62,923 bases of DNA from assembly GCA_016932785.1 (NCBI GenBank), contig JAFGCJ010000007.1, forward strand, positions 1 to 62,923, given 5' to 3'. Below are positions 40,036 through 47,895 of the stretch, in pieces. The translations under genes and the position numbers were made by a program. The stretch is from Candidatus Dojkabacteria bacterium (GTDB taxonomy: Bacteria > Patescibacteriota > Dojkabacteria > SC72 > JAFGCJ01). The notes beneath the pieces were generated by a model that was given only the letters and a program-made list of their open reading frames with translations, ran no database searches and was not told the DNA's origin. Position 1 is the first letter of the stretch. Every line of letters begins with the position of its first letter.

Positions 40036-40094
40036 GAAACAGGGTATAATTTGACTTGTTAGCCCGTGGATATGGTACAAATGTGGAGGTTCTG

Positions 40095-40186
40095 AGTACC
40101 AGGGACTAAGTGTTATAGGTTGAAAAAATGGTATACTAGAGACAGAGAAAGACTGAATACTTAGGTCTCGTTGAGTCCTAAGGACT
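40095..40186. repeat. REP doublet (AGTACCAGGGACT at 40095, AGTCCTAAGGACT at 40174)
   Basis: The copies are 79 nt apart. TATAGG follows the first copy. The second copy ends 6 nt before tRNA-Arg(TCG). Confidence 0.7.
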
Positions 40187-40192
40187 TACCGA

Positions 40193-40266
40193 GCACCCGT
40201 AGCTCAACTGGATAGAGCACCGGTCTTCGGAACCGGGGGTTAGGGGTTCGAATCCTCTCGGGTGCG
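40193..40266 (+). tRNA. tRNA-Arg (anticodon TCG)
   Basis: Hand-folded 74-nt cloverleaf with anticodon loop CTTCGGA. Confidence 0.8.
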
Positions 40267-40354
40267 AATTCTTGCAAATATTCTTCATTGTAATCTATAA
40301 TACTAATAGACTCAGTCTACATTAATGTAGGTATATTTCTAAGATTAGACTGAG

Positions 40355-40855
40355 ATGTTTTCTATTGATCCCCGAAAAGTTCTTCTTGTCGAGTCTGAAC
40401 CTTCAATTCAAGTTGTTGTGAGTAATTATCTGAGGATGTTATATGGCTGTGATGTTGTTACTCAATCGTCCGTTGAGGGTGCTATTTTTTCACTTCAACA
40501 AAACGTAGAGCAGCCGTTTGGTTCGATAGTTGTCTCTGATGAGGTGCAATTAAGAAAAGGTCTTTGGAGTCCTGATGAATGGGAACAAAGACATGGAGTC
40601 GGATTGTTGGAAATGCTCTATAGAAGAGGAGATATTCTGGAGACGAGTCTTCTTCCTAGGGTTGTAATTGGGGCTGGGCATTCTCAATTTGGGTGTGAGG
40701 CTTTTCAGGCGCTTTTTAGTGAAATCGAAGGTTCGTCAGGTAAAAGCGTTGAGAGTGTGACATTTGAAGAGGGATTTATATTTAGTGCAGTTAGCAAAAC
40801 CGAGATAGATGGCGCATTTGAGAAGGCGTTTGCGTCTCTTCCTACTGTGGGATGA
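40355..40855 (+). CDS. Hypothetical protein, possibly a degenerate CheY-like receiver fold
   Basis: The N-terminus KVLLVESEPSIQ resembles a receiver beta1 strand, but Glu replaces the acidic pair. The assignment is weak. Confidence 0.4.
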   Translation: MFSIDPRKVLLVESEPSIQVVVSNYLRMLYGCDVVTQSSVEGAIFSLQQNVEQPFGSIVVSDEVQLRKGLWSPDEWEQRHGVGLLEMLYRRGDILETSLLPRVVIGAGHSQFGCEAFQALFSEIEGSSGKSVESVTFEEGFIFSAVSKTEIDGAFEKAFASLPTVG

Positions 40856-40938
40856 AATAGTTTATCTTATAGTGCTTGAACTAGTATTTTGTTTATGCTA
40901 GTTTAAAATATGTCCTGATAATTTTTAATGCTATTTTC

Positions 40939-43900
40939 ATGAGAAAAATTAAGCTTTCTCGGAATGCGATCATCGTTCTCAGTTTGGTCGGGTTCCTTTT
41001 TGTAGGTGTGACAGCATATATTGTTTCTAGTTCTGATTTTTCTTTTGAATATAGGCGAAGAGCGGGAGAAGAGGATATGGGGATTGTAAGGGAAGCATTA
41101 GTGAATGGTGAGGTTATTGAGGTTGACGTTGGGACAAATCCGCCGAGTAAATTTTTTGGGACATCTGATGTTGATTATACCGATGTCAAATTTATGCTTT
41201 ATCGCGATGGTGAACGGCCTCCTGAGGTTGGGGAGTGTCTTACTGATGGTGAGTCTGGACACTATCCGGATGAGGCTGATGACGATTGGGTTGGCTGCTG
41301 TGAAGGACTGGAATATCTACCTTTTGAGGAGCCGAATGGTGACATATGTAAGAGCGATCCGACAATGTTTACTTGTACATCTACGGTATGTGGTGATGGC
41401 AAGTGTGAGTCTCCTGAGAATAAGTGTAATTGTCCTGATGATTGTATTACTGATTGTCTTCAGGCCGGGGAAAGCTACAATCCATCCTTGGGTCCGAATG
41501 ATCCGAATTTTGGAAAGTCTTGTTGTGAAGGACTGATACCTGTATCTCCGGAGGCTGTATATGATGAAGAATGTAACATGCTGCCTATTGCGGGTGCTCC
41601 TGTTACATGTTCGAACTGTGGAAATGATACGTGTGAGACGTGGGAAAATAAATGTAGCTGTTCTAAGGACTGTGGAGAGGTAGAGATTTGTGATAATGGG
41701 AAAGATGATGACACAGATGGCTATGTAGACTGTAAGGATCCCGATTGTGATGGAATTGTTACTTCAGGAGGAGTTTGTTGCGGTGGTAGTGCCTGTTCTG
41801 GGTCATGTGTTAGCGGATCGTGTTGTGAAACTAAAGTGTGCGGTAATACGTGTTGTGGAAATGCTGATGATGTTTGTGTAAATAACCAGTGTTGTGCCGT
41901 TGGAAAGACCTGTGGTCTTGAGTGTTGCGGTGCAAATCAGGGTTGTACAGGTGTCGGCTGCTTGAATTTCTGTGAAACGGAAGCCGATTGTACTAGTAAT
42001 ACTACTTGTTATGGTACAAGCTCAGGGTTGGGTTACTGTGTTCCAAAATTCTGTGATGAACCTAATGACTGTTATACAGGAAACTGTGTTGATGGTCAGT
42101 GTGATAATAGCGGTAAACCGCTTCCGCCTTTACCATCTCAGGCTCCGGCAGGGACCAGTACTACTGCTAAAAGTGGATCTCTGGTACTTGGAGCAAATGC
42201 CCAGTCTGAATCTGCTGATAATTCAGTCAGTACGGTCGTAAAGAATCTTGAGAATGATTCTGCTCATGCAAGTTTTAACCTTTTCGAAATATATGGATTT
42301 AGCATTAAGTGTGAAGGCGATGCTGATGAAGGTAGTCCCGTTTGTGAATATGTTATGGATGAAGATATGTTCAATCAAGAAGCTGTGAATCATGAGTTTG
42401 CGGTTTGGGCATGTGGTTGTGTTCAAAATGATGCAAATGATCCAAATGAGTGCGAGTGTGTAACGGACTATGTTAAAACTGATGACTACTTTGTCTATAA
42501 GCCGTCAATAAGTTCAAGGATCGACGATTCTACATTCTGTTATTCTTTGACTCAGACTGATGATGGTACTGGATGGGTTTATCCTGGGCCATTGCCGGGT
42601 TCTAATAGATCGTGGATAAAGTATGTAGCTACAGATTCTTTAGAAAATGAGCAAGTAGCATACTATATGGCCTCAATTTCTTTGAGTGATCCTGGGTTCT
42701 TGGGATTTAATTTTAAACCTGGCGAACGGTATCAAATTGATGGATATGTTTGCCATGGAAGGGACGAGAATTGGCCAGATGATGCTGAGGGTCCATACAA
42801 GTGGTGTGAGCAAACACCTATCGATACAATATTTCACACAGCACTCACGGAGGAAAATTGTGATCAACCAACTGTTGATCTGGAAGCGGATGTGACAATG
42901 TTGTCTGAAAATAGTGTTCCTGTCGGGGATATGGTAAAGGTTAGTGCTTCAAGAATTAAGAATTATACGCTGGATCATGTGCCAAGTCTTTTGGAGATTA
43001 ATTTAAGTAAGAATCTTGATTGTGCGTCCTGTGATGCTATTAAATCCTACTCTTATACTCACGATACAAATCCGGATGCGATTCCAATAATATCAGCTAC
43101 GTATACCTTCGAGTATACGGATCTTGAAGCTGGAGTGTATATTATGGAGGCAAGGGTTTTTGCGCTTGAAGACTTGGATTCTAATCTTTCTAACAATGTA
43201 GACTCTGTTGTATTCGAAGTCTATGATGAAGGAGAGTGTGAAGGTGTAACCTGTGGAGAGAAGCAGATTTTGAATACAGATACCTGCGAGTGTGAGGATG
43301 TTGATTGTACCAGTGACGATCACTGTAGTCTGAATCAAATGTGCGACCTGGAGAGTCACAGATGTGTCTGTGATGATAGCTTATGTGATCAGAGCAATTG
43401 TCCTGAAAGGAATCCTGAATGTAAGGAAATGAATAGCGATTGTTCAGCATGTATTTGTAAGAACTCGTGTCTGATGGATCAAGTTCAGGATGCAAGCTCC
43501 TGTGAATGCTATGATGTCTGTAAGATTACCCCCTCAGAATGTATTAGAGAAGGGAAAGTGCTAAACCTGTTAACGTGTGAATGCGAAGCTGTAGAGTGTA
43601 TAGACAATGACGACTGTCAGGGCATGGAGTATTGTCAGAAACCTGAGTACGAGTGTGAATGTCCAAGCTGTGGACCAAGAATGAAGGCGGTTAATAATTG
43701 TTCAGAATGTGTCTGTGATACGACATGTGCTCCGGGTCAAATTGTCAGATCTGACTGTACGTGCTATACGCCACCTCAGCCAACAGGCTGTACCAATGAG
43801 TGTTCTGAAGGGCAAATCCAGCTTTCAGACTGTACATGTTATACACCTTCGTCAACCTATGGGACCGGAGGTCCTGTAAGTGATGAGGACGAAAATGAAT

Positions 43901-44325
43901 ACGAAGACATGAGAGAGGACGTTCTTGACGATAGTGGTGTAAAGCTGGTAATTGAAACTCCGTCGGAAGACGAAACTTACTATGCTGGAAAGAAGATACT
44001 TCTTAGATATAAACTCGAAGGGGACGGAGATGTAGATACCGACCAAGTTGTCTGGTATGTAAACGGTGAAAAGGTTGGTACTGGTAACTTCGTTGCTTAT
44101 ACATTCGAGGAAGCCGACGAATACAAAATAGAAGTTAAGTATAAGGGTGAGTCTCAAGATAAAGCAGAAATAAAAGTTCTTGAGGATGAGGCAAAATCTG
44201 AAACTGCTGAAGAGAGAGAAGAAAGTAAAGAAGGAATAGGTATAGTGTGGTACTTTTTGATTGGTGCTGGAATCCTTATTGTTGTGGGAATAGTAATAGC
44301 AATGCTTAGTAAGGCAGGGAGATAA
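40939..44325 (+). CDS. Giant Cys-rich surface protein with N-terminal signal anchor, PKD/Ig-like module and C-terminal TM anchor
   Basis: Repeated CG(D/N)xxCExxENKCxCxxDC modules, many CxC / CTCYTP modules, and a C-terminal hydrophobic helix IVWYFLIGAGILIVVGIVIAML. Confidence 0.85.
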   Translation: MRKIKLSRNAIIVLSLVGFLFVGVTAYIVSSSDFSFEYRRRAGEEDMGIVREALVNGEVIEVDVGTNPPSKFFGTSDVDYTDVKFMLYRDGERPPEVGECLTDGESGHYPDEADDDWVGCCEGLEYLPFEEPNGDICKSDPTMFTCTSTVCGDGKCESPENKCNCPDDCITDCLQAGESYNPSLGPNDPNFGKSCCEGLIPVSPEAVYDEECNMLPIAGAPVTCSNCGNDTCETWENKCSCSKDCGEVEICDNGKDDDTDGYVDCKDPDCDGIVTSGGVCCGGSACSGSCVSGSCCETKVCGNTCCGNADDVCVNNQCCAVGKTCGLECCGANQGCTGVGCLNFCETEADCTSNTTCYGTSSGLGYCVPKFCDEPNDCYTGNCVDGQCDNSGKPLPPLPSQAPAGTSTTAKSGSLVLGANAQSESADNSVSTVVKNLENDSAHASFNLFEIYGFSIKCEGDADEGSPVCEYVMDEDMFNQEAVNHEFAVWACGCVQNDANDPNECECVTDYVKTDDYFVYKPSISSRIDDSTFCYSLTQTDDGTGWVYPGPLPGSNRSWIKYVATDSLENEQVAYYMASISLSDPGFLGFNFKPGERYQIDGYVCHGRDENWPDDAEGPYKWCEQTPIDTIFHTALTEENCDQPTVDLEADVTMLSENSVPVGDMVKVSASRIKNYTLDHVPSLLEINLSKNLDCASCDAIKSYSYTHDTNPDAIPIISATYTFEYTDLEAGVYIMEARVFALEDLDSNLSNNVDSVVFEVYDEGECEGVTCGEKQILNTDTCECEDVDCTSDDHCSLNQMCDLESHRCVCDDSLCDQSNCPERNPECKEMNSDCSACICKNSCLMDQVQDASSCECYDVCKITPSECIREGKVLNLLTCECEAVECIDNDDCQGMEYCQKPEYECECPSCGPRMKAVNNCSECVCDTTCAPGQIVRSDCTCYTPPQPTGCTNECSEGQIQLSDCTCYTPSSTYGTGGPVSDEDENEYEDMREDVLDDSGVKLVIETPSEDETYYAGKKILLRYKLEGDGDVDTDQVVWYVNGEKVGTGNFVAYTFEEADEYKIEVKYKGESQDKAEIKVLEDEAKSETAEEREESKEGIGIVWYFLIGAGILIVVGIVIAMLSKAGR

Positions 44326-44371
44326 AGGGACGAGCAGTGGGAGTTGGAACAGCAGAATATTCTGTGCCTGG

Positions 44372-44400
44372 TTGTACCTGAGCCTTTGTTATGGTATAAT
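44372..44400 (+). promoter_or_regulatory. Promoter of the T-box leader (TTGTAC-17 nt-TATAAT)
   Basis: TTGTAC at 44372-44377, a 17-nt spacer, then TATAAT at 44395-44400. Confidence 0.5.
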
Positions 44401-44406
44401 CTCAAA

Positions 44407-44722
44407 ATAGCTCGTGAGAAATATTAGTTTTGTAGTTTTGGCGTAAGCAAGCTGGGGTAGCTGTAAGCCCGGTGCCATAATCAAAATGAACGCGTCTCAC
44501 ACATAGCTGACCGAAGAAAGCCATGTGCAAGTAGGTCATCGAATGCTCCAAGGTTGTTCTTAGAGAAGGCTGCGGATAATTCGTGAGTTTGCAAGCTTGT
44601 ATGGGCTCTTCTTAACGGAAGGGCTTTTTTATAGAAGCTTGAAGACGGGTGGTACCGCGGGAGAATGAAGAAAGCTCTCGTCCTGTTGTCAGTGTATCTG
44701 GCAGTAGGACGGGAGCTTTTTT
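44407..44722 (+). promoter_or_regulatory. T-box riboswitch leader (candidate Arg specifier CGC)
   Basis: T-box core GGGTGGTACCGCG at 44647-44659. Terminator AGCTCTCGTCCT / AGGACGGGAGCT followed by T6. The T-box 3' part CGGGAG duplicates the terminator 3' arm, which is the antiterminator logic. In Stem I, GTGAGA pairs with TCTCAC, with a 3'-side loop GAA-CGC-G at 44488-44494. Confidence 0.7.
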
Positions 44723-44813
44723 AGTCCTTAGGACTGGTATAAGGCTTTAGTTGTAAGGTTTTTGTTAGAAAAAAATATATTTTTTAATCCTATATCCGTT
44801 AGTCCCTGGGACT
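44723..44813. repeat. REP doublet (AGTCCTTAGGACT at 44723, AGTCCCTGGGACT at 44801)
   Basis: It begins directly after the T-box terminator U-tract. It has inner TATAAGG ... CCTATA symmetry. The second copy ends 8 nt before tRNA-Arg. Confidence 0.75.
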
Positions 44814-44821
44814 TAGTTCAA

Positions 44822-44894
44822 GCACCTGTAGCTCAAAGGATAGAGCAACTGCCTTCTAAGCAGTAGGCTGCAGGTTCGAGTCCTGCCAGGTGCG
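44822..44894 (+). tRNA. tRNA-Arg (anticodon TCT), copy 2
   Basis: 73-nt cloverleaf that differs from copy 1 only by a compensated acceptor-stem base pair (positions 6 and 67). Confidence 0.85.
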
Positions 44895-44986
44895 AGTGCC
44901 AAGGACTGGATAATATAGGACTACTTTGAACTAGCATATACGGAGGCTTTGCTCTTTAAAAAAGGTTCGTTTGAGTCCTTGGGACT
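44895..44986. repeat. REP doublet (AGTGCCAAGGACT at 44895, AGTCCTTGGGACT at 44974)
   Basis: It starts at the nucleotide after the tRNA discriminator base. The copies are 79 nt apart, and their central triplets CAA and TTG are in inverted orientation. Confidence 0.75.
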
Positions 44987-45119
44987 TCACAGTATATCCA
45001 TAGTTTACTGTGGACATACTGTGGGGTCTTTGCTCAGAGGAAGTTCTGGCATGAAATTCCGGGCCCGTACAACTTTATGGTTTGTACGTATGCCTTCCCC
45101 ACGGAAGGAGGCTGGATCA

Positions 45120-45146
45120 ATGCGGAATCGCGGAGATCGCCTGTAG
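45120..45146 (+). CDS. Candidate Arg-rich mini-ORF, MRNRGDRL (8 aa), in the argS 5' region
   Basis: AAGGAGG at 45105-45111 lies 8 nt upstream of the ATG. Three of the eight codons are Arg (CGG, CGC, CGC). The SD is half-sequestered in a CCTTCC/GGAAGG hairpin. Function is speculative. Confidence 0.3.
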   Translation: MRNRGDRL

Positions 45147-45189
45147 GGCTAGAGCCCTAGGATTGCTTTTATAGCAGTCCGCACAAAAA

Positions 45190-45240
45190 GGTAGGGAGAG
45201 TGATGTGACCTGACGGTCAGCTTCGAGCACTCTCCCTACC
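45190..45240 (+). other. Strong hairpin in the argS 5' region
   Basis: GGTAGGGAGAGTG pairs with CACTCTCCCTACC (13 bp), with an inner TGACC/GGTCA stem. No canonical U-tract follows. Confidence 0.6.
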
Positions 45241-45282
45241 TCCCGATTATAATTTAGGCTAATTTTTTAGTAAAATGGGAAT

Positions 45283-47895
45283 ATGAAATTTAAACTCACG
45301 TCGGAATTTATTAAAAAGTATCCTGATGCAATAGAAATGATCGTTATTGCACGAGGGGTTCATAATGAGATAGCTTCGAAATGGATAAGTGACTTAACCC
45401 AGAAGGTTTCAGATGAGGTTAGAGCTGAGGGAGCTGGCATACTGAAGGAGCAAAGATTTGCTATGTGGGAGCAGGTGTTTAGTGATATTGCCAAAGAGGC
45501 CGAATTTAAGACTGGGGATTTTCACTCTTCTCACGTGGCTCTTACAAAGAGGGTGTTGAACGGAAAGGATATTCCGAATATTAATCCTGTTGTTAATTTC
45601 TATAATATGTATTCTCTTAAATATGGTGTCCCTTTTGGGGGGGAGGATCTTTCGACGGTTTATGGAGATATGGAGCTTACTATTACTAAAGGTGGAGAGC
45701 CGTATCATGAGATTGGTAGTAGTAAGGTCAGTAATTTGGGGCCAAACGAGGTTGCGTGGATTGATGATCATTCAGTGACTTGCAGAATGTGGAATTGGAG
45801 ACAATGTGACAGGACAAAGGTAATGAAGAATACCAGGGATATATATTTTATAATAGATGGATTTAGGGGAATTAAAGGTCTGTCTTATCAAGATATTGCT
45901 GGAGATTTTACCAAGGATTTGGAAGAAAAGTTTGGTGCTAAGGTTGACGTTTATGAGCTGAATAAAGAAAACCTGGAGTGTGATGTTGACTATGATACTA
46001 AGGAAGTTGGTGATCTCGATGTAGAGGCTGATCTATTAAGAAGTGCCAATCAATACGAGAAAAAATCAACCCGGGAGAGGAAGGGATTTATGAAAAGAAA
46101 GGTTACATCAATGGGTTTGGAGGATGATGATAATGTTGTTCCGCGCTTGAATAATTTCGTTAAAAATTCGCTTGGAAAGAAATTACCTCCAAAAATATCC
46201 GATTCTTTGGAAGTTACTGTTTCTCAAAATCCGGACTTTGGTGATGTGTCCAGTCCGGTTGCTTTAAGACTTGCAAAGGATCTGAAGCAGGCTCCAAAAG
46301 AGATTGCTGGAGATATTGTTGGTGAGCTCAATAGTGACCCCGAAGTTCAGAAGGTATTTCAGGATATATCTGTGGCTCCAAACGGGTTTATTAACTTCAA
46401 ACTGTCTGAATTTTTTCTGTTGTCCGAATTGTCAAAAGCATTGAAGCAAGCGGATAGTTATGGATCATCTGATATTGGTAAGGGAAGAGTAATTCTGGTA
46501 GAAGGTCCCTCGATTAATCCCAACGCGGCAGCTCATGCTGGCCACCTCATGAATATTTTTATCTGTAGGACATTAGTAAGGCTTTTCAAAAAAGGTGGTT
46601 TTCAGCCGGAGATAGATAATCTAATTAACGATAAGGGGATCAAGATTTGTATGGCAATGTGGGGGATCAAGAATCTTGCCGAGAAGAAGACTCCTGAGGA
46701 GGCCAAAATGAAGTCGGATCAGTTTGTTGGTAAGTACTATGTTCTTGCGAAGAAAGCGTATAAAGAGGATCCAGAGGCTAAGGCAGAGATACAACAGTTG
46801 CTGAGAGACTGGGAAACAGGGAAGCCGGATGTGCTTGAGCTTTGGAGGAAGGTTATTGACTGGGCGTTTGCCGGGCACAGAAAGACATTGGAAAGATTGG
46901 GGGAAAAGGTTGGGCATCTGTGGCTGGAAAGCGAGGTTTATAAGAGTGGGAAGGAGATTATTCAGAAATTCCTTGGGAGAAGTATTATAGAGAAGCTTTC
47001 TGATGGAGCTGTTGTGGGAAGGCTGGAAAAGAAATATGGTTTGCCCGATGTTGTTCTGTTAAGGTCAGATGGTACTGGTTTGTATCATACTCAGGATATA
47101 GCTCTCACATTAAAGAAGATTGAAAAATTTAATCCCTGGAGAGCTATTTGGGTAGTTGGAAATGAGCAGATCCTTCATTTTCAGCAGCTTTTTGCGCTTC
47201 TTGATGAACTGGGTTTGCTTCCGCTTGATAGGGTTTATCATTATGCGTATGGGTTGGTTGTTGATAAAAATGGAGAAAAAATAGGCAAGGATGCAAACGA
47301 TGCAACTGCTGATACATTGCTTGATATTATGCATAAAGAAGCCCTAAAAGTCATTGATGAGAGAAAAATAAAGGTAGATCTTGAGGACAAGGATGCTGTA
47401 GCTGAGGCGGTAGGAATTGGTGCGCTGAGGTACGGTTTTCTCTCTACTGATCCATATAAACCAATAACCTTTGATCCTGATGAGGCTTTGTCTTTTACTG
47501 GAAAAAGCGGACCTTACATAATGTACGCTTACTCAAGGGGTAGGAATGTTCTAAGGAATGCCATAGAGGGCGATGTCGACAACTATAAGGTGAGTGATAA
47601 GATTAAAGACAAATCCCATAGTACCGACATGACAGAGATCGATAGAGATCTGATCTTTTCACTTCTTCAGTATCCTGAAGTTATTGTTTCTGCGATTAAT
47701 AATTATGCACCTAATGTATTGGCCGAATATCTTTATAGTGTAGCCAGTAAATTCAGCTATTTTTATGAAAAAGAGACTGTTTCAGGAGCAGATGGTCCTG
47801 AGAAAGAGCTAAGAATTGCAATTACATTTCTTACTACAAGAGTTATAAAGGATGGTCTTGGACTTTTGGGTATTAAGGTTCTTGAAAAGATGTAG
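45283..47895 (+). CDS. argS: Arginine--tRNA ligase with an N-terminal B3/B4 (PheRS-beta-like tRNA-binding) domain fusion
   Basis: Residues ~300-870 comprise the ArgRS Add-1 domain, a HIGH variant (AAHAGHL) and the anticodon-binding DALR region. Residues ~1-240 resemble the B3/4 domain (NINPVVNFYNMYSLKYGVPFGGEDL). Confidence 0.85.
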   Translation: MKFKLTSEFIKKYPDAIEMIVIARGVHNEIASKWISDLTQKVSDEVRAEGAGILKEQRFAMWEQVFSDIAKEAEFKTGDFHSSHVALTKRVLNGKDIPNINPVVNFYNMYSLKYGVPFGGEDLSTVYGDMELTITKGGEPYHEIGSSKVSNLGPNEVAWIDDHSVTCRMWNWRQCDRTKVMKNTRDIYFIIDGFRGIKGLSYQDIAGDFTKDLEEKFGAKVDVYELNKENLECDVDYDTKEVGDLDVEADLLRSANQYEKKSTRERKGFMKRKVTSMGLEDDDNVVPRLNNFVKNSLGKKLPPKISDSLEVTVSQNPDFGDVSSPVALRLAKDLKQAPKEIAGDIVGELNSDPEVQKVFQDISVAPNGFINFKLSEFFLLSELSKALKQADSYGSSDIGKGRVILVEGPSINPNAAAHAGHLMNIFICRTLVRLFKKGGFQPEIDNLINDKGIKICMAMWGIKNLAEKKTPEEAKMKSDQFVGKYYVLAKKAYKEDPEAKAEIQQLLRDWETGKPDVLELWRKVIDWAFAGHRKTLERLGEKVGHLWLESEVYKSGKEIIQKFLGRSIIEKLSDGAVVGRLEKKYGLPDVVLLRSDGTGLYHTQDIALTLKKIEKFNPWRAIWVVGNEQILHFQQLFALLDELGLLPLDRVYHYAYGLVVDKNGEKIGKDANDATADTLLDIMHKEALKVIDERKIKVDLEDKDAVAEAVGIGALRYGFLSTDPYKPITFDPDEALSFTGKSGPYIMYAYSRGRNVLRNAIEGDVDNYKVSDKIKDKSHSTDMTEIDRDLIFSLLQYPEVIVSAINNYAPNVLAEYLYSVASKFSYFYEKETVSGADGPEKELRIAITFLTTRVIKDGLGLLGIKVLEKM

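Noticed and set aside
39679-40049. ORF-track ORFs that overlap tRNA genes (39679-39894, 39858-40049, 19902-20096, 54636-54956, 55040-55273)
   Set aside because: The sequence is accounted for by tRNA cloverleaves and REP copies, or by the opposite-strand PEGA gene. There are no coding signals.
39944-40186. A periodic repeat-spacer pattern (four repeats at 72-79-nt spacing) that superficially resembles a CRISPR array
   Set aside because: The repeats are only 13 nt, palindromic and imperfect, and one copy is badly degenerate. The spacing is 72-79 nt, with AT-rich spacers carrying TATA-like boxes. No cas genes are in the window. The same motif is dispersed as doublets elsewhere. It is better explained as REP doublets.
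44949-45146. The 65-aa ORF-track ORF spanning a REP copy and the structured leader
   Set aside because: It starts with a non-ATG codon inside REP-flanking sequence and has no motif. Only its last 8 codons, which have their own SD and ATG, were retained as a speculative mini-ORF.
45030-45280. Possible RNase P RNA, tmRNA or SRP RNA in the structured argS upstream region (CAGAGGAAGTTCTGG resembles the RNase P P4 strand GAGGAAAGUCCGG)
   Set aside because: No complementary P4 3' strand (ACAGAA..CCGG type), no GGGTGAAA/GTAAGAGC modules, no tRNA-like tmRNA ends and no SRP domain-IV GGAA/AGCA motif could be found by eye. It is kept only as an unexplained structured leader.
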